A DNA stretch of 64,000 bases from an uncultured Gammaproteobacteria bacterium (GTDB lineage Bacteria > Pseudomonadota > Gammaproteobacteria > JAJDYQ01): assembly GCA_942491945.1 (NCBI GenBank), contig CALODD010000037.1, forward strand, positions 67,500-131,499, read 5' to 3'. Each line of letters begins with the position of its first letter. The stretch's first letter is position 1. The notes beneath the pieces were generated by a model, which saw only the letters and a list, made by a program, of their open reading frames with translations, did no database searches and was not told the DNA's origin. Below are positions 40,728 through 50,870 of this stretch, piece by piece. A program made the translations under genes and the position numbers.

Positions 40728-41847
40728 ATGCCGTTTCTTTCTGCCTACTCGGCACAACCAGATTGGGAACAGGCTGTTGACGAGTGTATAGCGCAAATCG
40801 CTGAACAAGCCCAGGGCATGACCCTGGGCTTTGTTTATGCATCAGATAGTTTTTCTCACCTTCTGCAGCCTATCATTGAGAAACTAAGCAATTCGACACA
40901 GCTACAGGACTGGATTGGCACAGTCGGACTCGGCATCTGCCATGGACGAGAAGAGGTTTATGAGCAGCCAGCTCTATCTCTCCTTATCACCGATATAGAC
41001 CCGGATAATTATCGATTGATCGAAGGGCTGGATAACCAACTAGAAAATTTACATAAACATCAGGCATGGTATGCCGACAACTTCGCCACCGTAGGCATCC
41101 TGCATGCAGACCCCTTTAACCAGTCCCTGCCTGAGATGTTAAATGAAATTTCCGAAACTGTTCCTGAAGGGTTTCTGGTTGGCGGGCTCTCATCATCGCG
41201 CCAGGATAACCCACAAATCATTGGGCAAGCACTCAGTGAAGGCAGCGTATCTGGAGCACTATTTTCAGAGAATGTGCCTGTAGCGACCGCTATCACTCAG
41301 GGGATGCTCACCTATCGCTCCCAAACGAACCATCACAGAATCACAACGTAACGTTATTATTTCAATCGATAACCGACCAGCGCTGGATGTCATGAAAGAA
41401 GACATCGGCGAAGATCTGTTAAAAAATCCAGATGAACTCGGCAGCACCATCTTTGTTGGTTTCCCTGTCAGCGGCTCCGACACTGGTGATTACCTGGTTA
41501 GAAATCTGATGGGCATCGATGAGAACTCGAATGTGATTGCCGTTGGTGAAATGGTCGAAGAAGGTCGTAGCATGATGTTCTGTCGACGCGATCGAGACAC
41601 TGCTCATGAAGACATGCATCGTATGCTGAGTAATTTACAGAAACGCATTGGTCATCAGCCCCCGAAAGGCGCTATTTATTATTCCTGCCTGGGTCGAGGC
41701 CGCTCACTATTCGGTCGCGACTCTGTTGAACTCAATATGATCCAGGATACGCTTGGCGATATCCCTCTCACCGGTTTTTTCTGCAATGGAGAAATCGCCC
41801 ACAACCAGCTCTATGGATTTACTGGCGTACTCACTGTATTTTTGTAG
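40728..41847 (+). pseudogene. FIST (N+C) domain sensor protein, interrupted by a +1 frameshift in a G4 run at 41300-41303
   Basis: FIST_N in frame 0 up to 41351. The +1 frame continues from ~41284 (..RGCSPIAPKRTITESQRNVIISIDNRPALDV..) into FIST_C. Confidence 0.6.
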
Positions 41848-41849
41848 GC

Positions 41850-42944
41850 ATGGAATATACCCAGCTAGGCCATACCGATATACAAGTTAGCCGCTTATGC
41901 CTTGGCAGCATGACCTGGGGTGAGCAAAACACAGTAGCTGAGGCCCATCAACAACTCGACTATGCCGTTGAACACGGGATCAACTTTGTTGATACCGCTG
42001 AGCTTTATCCTTCACCGCCTAGAGCAGAAACCCAGGGCCGAACAGAAGAATATATTGGTAGCTGGATAGCGAAAGGCAATCGCGACAAGATCATACTTGC
42101 CAGTAAGGTCTGTGGCCCTGCAAGAACGCTCCCCTGGATACGACAGGGTGAAACACGTTTTACGGAGACAACGCTTAGAGAAGCTCTAGACGACAGCCTA
42201 CAGCGCTTACAAACCGACTATATCGATCTTTACCAGCTGCACTGGCCTGATCGAATTACCAACATTTTTGGTCAGCTCAATTATCCATATATTGATGACG
42301 AGCAAGGCACCACAATAGACGAGGTTTTAACAACACTAAAAAGCTTTATTGACGCTGGAAAAATTCGTGCAATAGGGCTGTCCAATGAAACACCCTGGGG
42401 CATGATGCAATTTTTACACATCGCGCAGCAACATGATTTGCCTGTCGCCGCTTCGATCCAGAACCCTTACAACCTGCTGAACAGAAGCTTTGAAACCAGT
42501 CATAGTGAGATCTGTCATCGAGAAGGTATCAGGCTTCTAGCCTATTCCCCTTTGGCGTTTGGTGTATTAACAGGCAAGTATCTAAACAACCAACAACCCG
42601 CAGGCTCGCGTCTGGCATTATCAAAACATTTTAAACGCTATTCCAGTGAAGCAGCGACAACGACGGTAACACAATATCAGCAGCTGGCATCCCAGCATAA
42701 TCAGACATTAACTCAGCTGGCTTTAAGTTTTATCTATCAACAACCCTTTGTAACCAGCATCATTCTAGGCGCGTCAAACCTTAAACAGCTCGAAGAAAAT
42801 ATTAATAGTATTGAAAACCCACTAACGCCTGATCAGATTAAACAGATCAACAAGATTCACCTGAGAATGACCCAACCCCTGCCCCTGATTAACTACTTAT
42901 CAGACCAGACCGCCAGCCTGTTACCGCTTGGCTCAGTAAAATGA
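41850..42944 (+). CDS. NADP-dependent aldo/keto reductase (Tas-like)
   Basis: LGSMTWGE, FVDTAELY and the catalytic tetrad region. Confidence 0.8.
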   Translation: MEYTQLGHTDIQVSRLCLGSMTWGEQNTVAEAHQQLDYAVEHGINFVDTAELYPSPPRAETQGRTEEYIGSWIAKGNRDKIILASKVCGPARTLPWIRQGETRFTETTLREALDDSLQRLQTDYIDLYQLHWPDRITNIFGQLNYPYIDDEQGTTIDEVLTTLKSFIDAGKIRAIGLSNETPWGMMQFLHIAQQHDLPVAASIQNPYNLLNRSFETSHSEICHREGIRLLAYSPLAFGVLTGKYLNNQQPAGSRLALSKHFKRYSSEAATTTVTQYQQLASQHNQTLTQLALSFIYQQPFVTSIILGASNLKQLEENINSIENPLTPDQIKQINKIHLRMTQPLPLINYLSDQTASLLPLGSVK

Positions 42945-43269
42945 AAGCGACGCCCGCCAGGAAAAGAGAAAGTATCCTGCACAATCTTTCCACCTGCCTC
43001 AACTATCCTGGCCTGGGTAGCATCAAGATCATGACTATAGAAAACGATTAAAGCGCCACCACTGCTAGGATGCGTTTGCCTTATCTGGCTCTATAGAAAC
43101 TGCCCTCCAGCTTACGGTCACTAAATGCCCGGTAATCCTCTCCGTATGATTGGAATGTCCAACTAAATACCTGTTCAAAGAAAGCCTGAGTGGCTTCCAG
43201 ATCCCGTGCTGCAAACTCCACATAATTGATTGCTTCGTGTTCCATCGCCATTACGTTAACCCAGTTTAT

Positions 43270-43686
43270 TCAATTGATAACCACGCGGCTCAACATAAAG
43301 CGAAGAGAGCCAAGTTCAAAACCAAGATCATCGATTAAGGCGACAATACCGGTGGAATCACTTCGAGTCTGCAACAGTATTTCACATGTCCGACCCAGCT
43401 TTCCAATAACTGACGTGATCAGAAAACGCGCAATCCCCTGACGTCTAAATGCTGGTTCTATTGCAATACTGTATATCTCACTTCTATTCTTGGACGTATG
43501 CATCACCCAGATATACCCAACAGGTTGCCTCTCAACCTCAGCTACATCGATAAATGCGCGGAACTTATTACCGCTGATAACGCAGTGACCGTCATTAATT
43601 ATAGATTCAACTTGTTGAATGAGTACGGCCTTGCCCCTGCGCTGACTCAAACAGCGTGTTAAATGCCGTTTTCGCATGCTGCACAA
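43270..43686 (-). CDS. GNAT family N-acetyltransferase
   Basis: IAIEPAFRRQGIARFL acetyl-CoA binding motif. Confidence 0.6.
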   Translation of the reverse strand: MCSMRKRHLTRCLSQRRGKAVLIQQVESIINDGHCVISGNKFRAFIDVAEVERQPVGYIWVMHTSKNRSEIYSIAIEPAFRRQGIARFLITSVIGKLGRTCEILLQTRSDSTGIVALIDDLGFELGSLRFMLSRVVIN

Positions 43687-43889
43687 TCAAACCAATTATG
43701 AGGTGCCCATCATCAAGACGTGCTGGGCGAAGAGTAAAACCAGTTGCCATTTAGAAACCACTTACAACCGGTAGCCCAGGATATGAAAAAGCGACTTTAA
43801 AAGTCACAAGGCGTATAAACCCACACCGAAAGAATTCCTGCACAAAAACATATCGGGTAGCTAGTCGCTACCCGATATAAATTCCGTAT

Positions 43890-44126
43890 TTAGTCAAGTT
43901 GATAGCCAACACAACGTAACAGAATTACATAGGTCTCCAGACCGATACCCATGCCGTGCTCCAGATGATGCACAGTCGACACACTAATACCTGTTTGTGC
44001 ACGAACTTCTTCGTGGGTCAGGCCTGCTGCCAGACGCTTCTTTTTGAAATCCTGACCTAGACGTGCGAGTTCGTCACGCGCATATTTTTGCTCTTCGATC
44101 TTGGTTTTGTTTTTTCTCATTGCCAT
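43890..44126 (-). CDS. XRE-family helix-turn-helix transcriptional regulator
   Basis: RLAAGLTHEEVRAQTGISVSTVHHLEHG HTH_3 pattern. Confidence 0.55.
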   Translation of the reverse strand: MAMRKNKTKIEEQKYARDELARLGQDFKKKRLAAGLTHEEVRAQTGISVSTVHHLEHGMGIGLETYVILLRCVGYQLD

Positions 44127-44433
44127 GGTTAATTCTCCAGCTAATATAAATTTACCGGCACGTTTTTAACAACATACTCGGCGTGTGTCTGCATTGTCAT
44201 AAATGATGGCATGACTATCCAAGCGTCTCAGATATGAGACATAAGAAATAACAGCCTTTATCGCACATGAGGAAAATGCAACCCATTGATTTACATGGAT
44301 TTATAATACGGCACCAGATGGCACTATAAATACATCGTTATAAACGACTGATTGTTAAACTTTGTAAACTATTGTCACATTCAAAAATCAGTGAACAACC
44401 GAAGATTTATATGAGTCATCAAGAGAAATATAA

Positions 44434-44493
44434 GATGGTGCCCGGGGCCGGAATCGAACCGGCACGAGGTTGCCCTCGAGGGATTTTAAGTCC
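44434..44493. repeat. attL-type direct repeat: duplicated 3' ~58-60 nt of tRNA-Leu (anticodon loop through CCA)
   Basis: Identical to 50587-50646 (atggtgcccggggccggaatcgaaccggcacgaggttgccctcgagggattttaagtcc). Confidence 0.9.
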
Positions 44494-44612
44494 ATTAAGT
44501 TGCACCACAGTGATGCACATACTACTACACAAATCAGGAGGTTATATTCTGGGGCTACTCACTGAAACACTGTGTTTCACAATAAATGTGGACAATTTGT
44601 GGCCATCTTTGG

Positions 44613-45440
44613 CTAGTTGATTTGCTGCTCACCAAATGCAGACGGATCGTAGCTTAGAACATCTACATGTCTATTGATTAACGAGGATAGATCTAGATTA
44701 TCAAAGAGTGCATATTTCTCAGCTAAAGGCTTGAAATTTATTCCGTGCTCTGAATTACCATTGTAGAAGAGCATTGCTAACTCAGGGTTGGATAGCTGAG
44801 CCCTGAAAATGCCCGTGTACTCTTTTTTGTTAGCTACATTACTCTCATCGATAAATTTCATAATTCTGTAAATAAATCGAAAATAATGAGCCAGATCTGA
44901 ATTGTATTTCTGGAATGCCGCCTCATAAGAGCTTGAGATACGTTCATTGTACGCTATGTCGCCATTTTGACCCGCAAAGTGATTCCTTAGGAACTTATAA
45001 ATAAATGCAATTGAGTCCCTTCCAGCCTCTATAGTGCTGCCTCCGCCCTTTTTACGCATATCAATATCTTTAACTATCTCGTGATGCAGCGAAAACATAC
45101 TAAAAAGCCGATTTTCAAAATTCTGTAGTTCTAGAGCTTCACTTTGCTTGTTTAAAGCGACAGCTGAGTTTTCTAACTCTCTTGATGAATTCCTTAACTC
45201 GATTGTTTGAAGCTTAAGAGTTAACAGCAGTGCTATTAATGCCAGAAATGCATACGAAGCGCCTAATACACCACCGATATAATCACCAAAAGCTCCCCAA
45301 TCAGAGGATTTTTCTGAAAGGTCGGAGTTAAAGAAATGAGTAATGTAAAAAGTTAGAGCTATAACAGTAATTATCCAAGCCAGATTGGCAATAAATAATA
45401 TTGGAGGGCCGTCATTTTTCTTACTAGTAGATGCCTGCAT
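44613..45440 (-). CDS. Membrane protein, possible abortive-infection (Abi)-like protein
   Basis: Two to three N-terminal TM helices followed by a helical cytoplasmic domain. Island location. Confidence 0.35.
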   Translation of the reverse strand: MQASTSKKNDGPPILFIANLAWIITVIALTFYITHFFNSDLSEKSSDWGAFGDYIGGVLGASYAFLALIALLLTLKLQTIELRNSSRELENSAVALNKQSEALELQNFENRLFSMFSLHHEIVKDIDMRKKGGGSTIEAGRDSIAFIYKFLRNHFAGQNGDIAYNERISSSYEAAFQKYNSDLAHYFRFIYRIMKFIDESNVANKKEYTGIFRAQLSNPELAMLFYNGNSEHGINFKPLAEKYALFDNLDLSSLINRHVDVLSYDPSAFGEQQIN

Positions 45441-45455
45441 AAAGTAATTTGCCCT

Positions 45456-45677
45456 CTAAACTAGAGTTAGATTTGCTGTAGAGTGGGAGCTTCGCACCCG
45501 ATCTAATTCAGCATTGATACTTTTGAGCTCTTTATTGAGATATTTAATCACATTTCCTACATCAATCGCAGAAGCATCGTCATTACATGAAAGTATATAG
45601 AGGCTATCAAATGCATCTACCAGCTCATCATGACGATCTGAAATTCGTAATAAACTATGTTGAATCGTTCCTTTCAA
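45456..45677 (-). CDS. Small hypothetical protein (73 aa), possible toxin partner of the upstream RHH gene
   Basis: Overlaps the RHH gene stop by 23 nt. Confidence 0.3.
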   Translation of the reverse strand: MKGTIQHSLLRISDRHDELVDAFDSLYILSCNDDASAIDVGNVIKYLNKELKSINAELDRVRSSHSTANLTLV

Positions 45678-45849
45678 AGTAATCCAGCAAAATAACTCGT
45701 ATCAAGGAGCTGACAGACCTGTGGTCTTTCTCAGCCATTTGTTTAAGTTTCTCAGCTTCATCCTCATCTAGCTGGATCGAAACTGTACGCTTACGTGGAG
45801 CTTTACCTGGCCCCCGCTGTCCTCTTTTCTTTTTAGCTATATCTGGCAT
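45655..45849 (-). CDS. Ribbon-helix-helix (CopG/Arc family) DNA-binding protein
   Basis: KRTVSIQLDEDEAEKLKQMAEKDHRSVSSLIRVIL RHH signature. Confidence 0.5.
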   Translation of the reverse strand: MPDIAKKKRGQRGPGKAPRKRTVSIQLDEDEAEKLKQMAEKDHRSVSSLIRVILLDYFERNDST

Positions 45850-45955
45850 TTATTTTAAATAACTTTTATTTACTGTCAATATCTTTTTTAAATAACTTTC
45901 AATAATTCTGCTTAGTATTAAAGAAATATTCAAGTGTTCTTAATAGAACGAGGCA

Positions 45956-46384
45956 CTACTCTACTTCAGTTGATATGTATTTCTTTACGGCAAGGCGAAT
46001 AACTGAGCTTAAAGTTCTATCATCTCTCTCTGCAATTAATCTAAGTGCGTCCAGGTCTGATCTATCGATCTGTATCGAGGTGGCCACCTTCGATGGATTT
46101 TTACCTGGTCCACGTGTTCGTTTCTGCACCGGTTCGTTGATCGGATCAGCCTGTTCCGTACTTCTAGGTTGATTCCCATCTTCAGCCGGAACGGGATTTA
46201 GGGCTTTGTATCTAATTGGGTCTTTAATGCGGCCATCTACTACTCCTGCATCATAGACTTCTCTAGCCTTTTCTTTAGATGCCTTACTGAGAAATGCTTT
46301 AGCTCTAGTTGCAGACATACCATCTGCCTTCATTGCCTCTATAAGCCTTTTCCGTTCATTTGTAGTTAATTTATTACTTATCAT
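45956..46384 (-). CDS. RHH-domain protein with N-terminal extension (paralog of 45655-45849)
   Basis: The C-terminal ATSIQIDRSDLDALRLIAERDDRTLSSVIRLAV aligns to the neighbouring RHH protein. Confidence 0.5.
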   Translation of the reverse strand: MISNKLTTNERKRLIEAMKADGMSATRAKAFLSKASKEKAREVYDAGVVDGRIKDPIRYKALNPVPAEDGNQPRSTEQADPINEPVQKRTRGPGKNPSKVATSIQIDRSDLDALRLIAERDDRTLSSVIRLAVKKYISTEVE

Positions 46385-46522
46385 CCATGAAATTTAGCTT
46401 ATTCCGACTTTATGTCAATATGTTTTGGTATCTATTGGTATATTTTTACACTCCTTAGATTTGGTCATTTGTTTATTTTGGGATTGATTCTTGTCCTCTA
46501 TGTAAAAACCTTACATGTAACA

Positions 46523-46590
46523 GTGTGGTTTACTGTGCTGGTATGGAAGTTTTAGTCCCCTTTTTTAAGACGTGTTACAGGCACGTCTTA
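46523..46590. repeat. Inverted copy of the 68-bp hairpin-containing module found upstream of rep at 448-514
   Basis: Near-identical sequence. Lies ~130 bp upstream of the RHH gene start. Confidence 0.75.
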
Positions 46591-46820
46591 ATGGCAGTGC
46601 TGTGCTCCATGGCCTACCTGCAGTACGCCACCGCGCACAGCACTCCTATCAATTCCCGTAGTTTTTTATATTTATCTGATCGTTTATGGTCTATTACTTC
46701 GAATAAACAACATTCAAGTGGAATCAACATACCCACCCTTTGTCCACAGCTCTGGCTCTAAAGGAGCGAGCCGCTGTGGACAAAGCATGGATATGTTGAG
46801 GTGAGATCAAGGAAGGATTT

Positions 46821-47813
46821 ATGGGGCTACAAAAGCTAGAGGATGGCTGGAAATTAGATATTCGTCCTGGCGGTCGCTATGGAAAGCGCATCAGAAGGAC
46901 ATTCAAAACGAAAAAAGATGCTCAGAGGTTTGAGGCTTGGGCGAAGACACAGGCCACCCAGAAAGAAGACTGGGAACCTCCTGTGCGAGATCCCAGACGA
47001 TTAAAAGACCTGGTGAAAGAGTGGTATGGCCATCATGGAAAAACCCTGAAGGACGGCAAGAACAGAAAGAAGAAGCTCGACACAATCGCAAACCATTTAG
47101 ACAATCCTTTGGCCAGAGACATAAAGGCAGAAGTCTTCACTAAGTATCGCTCTCAGAGACTGGATGGCGGTGTCAGCGCAAATACTATGAATCATGAGCT
47201 TGCCTACCTGAAGGCCATGTTTAACGAACTGAGACGGATTGGGAAATGGGACAAACCTAACCCTTTGGCGAATACGAGGATGCTGAAGTTCGATGAGAAG
47301 GAAATGACTTTCCTCGATGGAAACGAAATTAAAATGCTCCTGGATGAACTCAAGAATCGACGATCATTGGACGCTTACTACATTACTCGGATCTGTTTGG
47401 AGACTGGTGCCAGGTGGTCAGAGGCCGAGACATTAAGAGCTGAGAGTGTTCATCCTGACCGGATTGTTTATTCGGGAACCAAGAGTGGAAAGACCAGGAC
47501 TGTACCGATTAACAAGGAACTACATGACCTGGTTAAACTGAAAGATCGGGGAAGATTATTTAAGCCTTCCTATGAATCATTTAAAGTGTCGATCGACAAT
47601 TTAGATATTGAATTACCTAAAGGTCAGATGACACATGTATTGAGGCACACATTTGCCAGTCATTTCATTATGAACGGTGGGAATATTTTAACCTTGCAAA
47701 AAACGTTAGGCCATTCAACACTTATGATGACAATGAAGTATGCTCATTTAGCACCAAATCATTTAGAAGAAGTGAAAACCTTGAATCCTATTCGTAAAAC
47801 CACGACCAGTTAA
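46821..47813 (+). CDS. Tyrosine recombinase / phage-type integrase (intact)
   Basis: 330 aa. ARWSEAETLRAE, HVLRHTFASHFIMNGGNILTLQKTLGHS and YAHL (catalytic R, H-x-x-R, Y). Confidence 0.88.
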   Translation: MGLQKLEDGWKLDIRPGGRYGKRIRRTFKTKKDAQRFEAWAKTQATQKEDWEPPVRDPRRLKDLVKEWYGHHGKTLKDGKNRKKKLDTIANHLDNPLARDIKAEVFTKYRSQRLDGGVSANTMNHELAYLKAMFNELRRIGKWDKPNPLANTRMLKFDEKEMTFLDGNEIKMLLDELKNRRSLDAYYITRICLETGARWSEAETLRAESVHPDRIVYSGTKSGKTRTVPINKELHDLVKLKDRGRLFKPSYESFKVSIDNLDIELPKGQMTHVLRHTFASHFIMNGGNILTLQKTLGHSTLMMTMKYAHLAPNHLEEVKTLNPIRKTTTS

Positions 47814-48682
47814 GTCTGATCGTTGAGCACACTACTTCTTACAAGATCTTTGATACGCTTCTTAAGTGTAAGGTTCTTCTTATGCATAAACTTTTTCAAA
47901 ACAGTTTTTTGCTTTCGTTGCTCTCGAGTTAACCCGGAGTCAGACTCATGGCAAAACAAGGCTTCTTCTAACAATATCTGAAGATTTAACAATAAAAGGT
48001 TAGTAATACCGTAAAACTGTATGCACTGACGTTCGACATCATGATCTAATAATTCTTTATTTTTTGTTGGTGCCGAATATATATCATAAACACCCAATTC
48101 AAACATGCAACCATACAGAGTTCCATGCAGTGCCTCAGAAGCATCCTCATACAAATACGAAAGATATGGAGACAAGGAAACATTATATTTCTGCTCAACG
48201 ACTTTCGAGCGAGCATCAATACTAGACTTAGTCCACCTAGGAACTTCACGACCATTGACACTAGTAAACTTTGAAACAGCATCCTGCAATTCATCAGGAA
48301 GGCTTTCATGCCAACCATCTTCGGAGAGTTTCAATCTAACTTTACCCTTAACAATAATCTTTCTATCGTATTTCCTAACACCCTTGTTTTTAGAATAGTC
48401 AACAAAATTATCTAGCTCTGATTTATCGCTAGCATACAGATAACCGATATTAACGACCTTTTCCAATATTGATCGGCCCACCATGTATGCCTGGCTTAGG
48501 AGCTGCGCCTTTAGTAGCAAATCAACAGCCTTACAGTCGAGTGATATCATTCTCCATAGAGGGGCAGTATATGTGGATTGTTCGACATTCATTGAAAACA
48601 AACCGATTGATATGCGTTCGCATAAATCAGACAGCTCACTCAATTGCTGAGAAAGATCAGTGATACTATTGCTTTCACTCAC
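47810..48682 (-). CDS. Hypothetical protein (290 aa), island cargo
   Basis: Long ORF with no recognised domain. Confidence 0.4.
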   Translation of the reverse strand: MSESNSITDLSQQLSELSDLCERISIGLFSMNVEQSTYTAPLWRMISLDCKAVDLLLKAQLLSQAYMVGRSILEKVVNIGYLYASDKSELDNFVDYSKNKGVRKYDRKIIVKGKVRLKLSEDGWHESLPDELQDAVSKFTSVNGREVPRWTKSSIDARSKVVEQKYNVSLSPYLSYLYEDASEALHGTLYGCMFELGVYDIYSAPTKNKELLDHDVERQCIQFYGITNLLLLNLQILLEEALFCHESDSGLTREQRKQKTVLKKFMHKKNLTLKKRIKDLVRSSVLNDQT

Positions 48683-48764
48683 AAGAAATAAGAATAAGAA
48701 AGTCAGTTATCGAACGACATAATAAGTCGAATCAATTCAAGACTTATAGACATTTAAATTACAA

Positions 48765-49280
48765 TCAAACATCTGCATCAGCTTCTCTATCCTCCCTTTT
48801 ACTATGAAGATCGTTAATAAACATAATATTACTGTAGATAACGTAAAACACCGACTGTATTTGAAGCAATCCTAGAATAATGACGAATGCTAGCGTCAAA
48901 TACTTAGCATGAAAGACATACCCTTCGTTGATTAATAGTACACCGAAAACCACCTTCAACAGGTACAAGACCATAATTGCAGTAACGACAAATGCAGAAA
49001 TCAACACACTACCAACCAATCCCTCTAATCTTTTAGTCTCAGTCAAAGTTTCACTGAAATCAGCATTTTCTATTGTAGAGGGGTTAACTAAACGACTAAG
49101 TGCATTAGGGTACAAAAATGCTATCCAGATACCCATTATTGTAAAAACCATAGTTGAGGCTGTCAGCAAGGCTGTCAGATAATCTTTTAAGTCAGAGTAT
49201 TCGTAATCCATCTCTAAATAATGGAAAACTGAAAGCAGCAGAAAGAATATAGCCACATATACTAATAAGCGAGGCACCAT
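48765..49280 (-). CDS. Four-TM small membrane protein, island cargo
   Basis: Four hydrophobic helices. Its start abuts the stop of the upstream 351-aa gene. Confidence 0.45.
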   Translation of the reverse strand: MVPRLLVYVAIFFLLLSVFHYLEMDYEYSDLKDYLTALLTASTMVFTIMGIWIAFLYPNALSRLVNPSTIENADFSETLTETKRLEGLVGSVLISAFVVTAIMVLYLLKVVFGVLLINEGYVFHAKYLTLAFVIILGLLQIQSVFYVIYSNIMFINDLHSKREDREADADV

Positions 49281-49281
49281 C

Positions 49282-50337
49282 TTATGCTCTCATCTGTTTC
49301 TTTACTGTATCTTTCTTCAAAGGCTTTAAGAGATTTCCGCGCTCTTTATCGATTGCATCTGCAAGCTGAATGGCATTTAACAGAACATCTTTTCTTTCAG
49401 GAACTACGATGCTGTCTCTTAACCTATATCGATCAACCCATCTTATGCCTGTGTCTGTAGTAAAGCCTACGTTATCCCAATCATGGGGCTTCCTCCCTTC
49501 TATAGCACTTTTCTCTATTATCTCTTTAATCTCTTTAACACTAGGCTTTGCTTCAGCTTTTACCTCTATCCTTCTACTTCTAGACCTTGGTTTTGGCGAT
49601 AGATACGGAATATAGTCATCAAACTTTTTAACCCATTCGGCTCTTTCATCGTTAGTATTAACTAACACAGTCTCTCTCCTAACAATGTGAGTAACTTTAT
49701 TTGCCAGTTCCTGCAGTTTACTGCTAGATGTCTTAAGGCTCATTAAACTCATTTTAAAGCGATACATAAATAGAGTTTTATCATCTTCTGTATGAGATAT
49801 CCGAACAAAGCCTTTCTCAGTATGTTGTTTTTTTCGTTTTGGGTTGTCGACACGATTATTTATGCACGAAATAACATAATCTTCAAAAAGTTGAGCATCA
49901 GTTACAGAATGATCAAATTTTATGGACGCAATAGAATTATATTCAGGAATTACCCAGTAGTAACATGGCCTACCCCAAATGACTTTTTTTCCATCATAGT
50001 CATTTGTATATTTGACATAAGTCCCATTTCCAGTTTTATTTTCTTCTTCTGCCCCCCATATTGTACCTGCGCCATCTGAATCAGACTTCCAAAGAACAAA
50101 AAAATAGTCCCCAGTGTCCTCATTTTTATACACATCGCTACAATAGCATTTAGGCATATTGCGCTTAGCGTTCAACGGATCCCAGGGCAGGGTCGCTGGT
50201 AATTTTCGACCTTTAAGCCACCCCATGATGAGCGAAAACGTCTCGTCTACCTCATATCCATGGGTTTTATCTGACCCAACTTTATGAAGTCCACAGTGAT
50301 CAATCTTAAAAAAGTTAATATGACCTACGTCTGACAT
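49282..50337 (-). CDS. Hypothetical cytoplasmic protein (351 aa), first gene of a two-gene cassette
   Basis: Long low-GC ORF with no recognised domain. Confidence 0.45.
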   Translation of the reverse strand: MSDVGHINFFKIDHCGLHKVGSDKTHGYEVDETFSLIMGWLKGRKLPATLPWDPLNAKRNMPKCYCSDVYKNEDTGDYFFVLWKSDSDGAGTIWGAEEENKTGNGTYVKYTNDYDGKKVIWGRPCYYWVIPEYNSIASIKFDHSVTDAQLFEDYVISCINNRVDNPKRKKQHTEKGFVRISHTEDDKTLFMYRFKMSLMSLKTSSSKLQELANKVTHIVRRETVLVNTNDERAEWVKKFDDYIPYLSPKPRSRSRRIEVKAEAKPSVKEIKEIIEKSAIEGRKPHDWDNVGFTTDTGIRWVDRYRLRDSIVVPERKDVLLNAIQLADAIDKERGNLLKPLKKDTVKKQMRA

Positions 50338-50588
50338 ATCTACTCCTTAACGCCTGAAAATGAAGGTGTACTATCTTACTATTAATATCAGAATAAGACA
50401 TAAGAATATAGCGCGAACGCCTCACGCTGCATAACTTGTAGACAGCTCACTCTCGTTAGAGAGTTGAAATAGCTGAATAGCATTCAGTAATCACCTCATT
50501 CGAATAACGAGAAGGTTAGCATGTGGACAATATGTGGACGATTAAGAATGGAGCCACACTTCACTAGAACGTAACTCATTGATTTGAA

Positions 50589-50675
50589 TGGTGCCCGGGG
50601 CCGGAATCGAACCGGCACGAGGTTGCCCTCGAGGGATTTTAAGTCCCTTGCGTCTACCAATTTCACCACCCGGGC
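50589..50675 (-). tRNA. tRNA-Leu (UAA)
   Basis: The reverse complement reads gcccgggtggtgaaattggtagacgcaagggacttaaaatccctcgagggcaacctcgtgccggttcgattccggccccgggcacca. Long variable arm and TAA anticodon. Confidence 0.92.
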
Positions 50676-50775
50676 AATACAGAAAAGTACCGAGTTAACT
50701 ATTTTAGTTGGGTTGCTTCCCAACATTATGCGATCGGTCGCAGAAGCTCTACTGTGTGATCACATTTAAAGAATA

Positions 50776-50849
50776 TGGAGGCTGAGCGCGGAATCGAACC
50801 GCGGTCCACGGCTTTGCAGGCCGCTGCATAACCACTCTGCCACCCAGCC
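50776..50849 (-). tRNA. tRNA-Cys (GCA)
   Basis: The reverse complement reads ggctgggtggcagagtggttatgcagcggcctgcaaagccgtggaccgcggttcgattccgcgctcagcctcca. Confidence 0.92.
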
Positions 50850-50870
50850 AGGATTGCATTGTCATTATAA

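Larger units (their letters stand above)
44494..50588. mobile_element. ~6.1-kb integrase-bearing genomic island inserted in the 3' end of tRNA-Leu(UAA); low GC
   Basis: Bounded by 58-60-bp direct repeats. Intact tyrosine integrase. Visibly AT-rich compared with the flanks. Confidence 0.85.

Noticed and set aside
44372-44620. 82-aa plus-strand ORF spanning the attL repeat
   Set aside because: It overlaps the duplicated tRNA-Leu fragment and has no coding signal. Similar ORFs at 50584-50769, 50749-50949 and 50854-51063 overlap genuine tRNAs.
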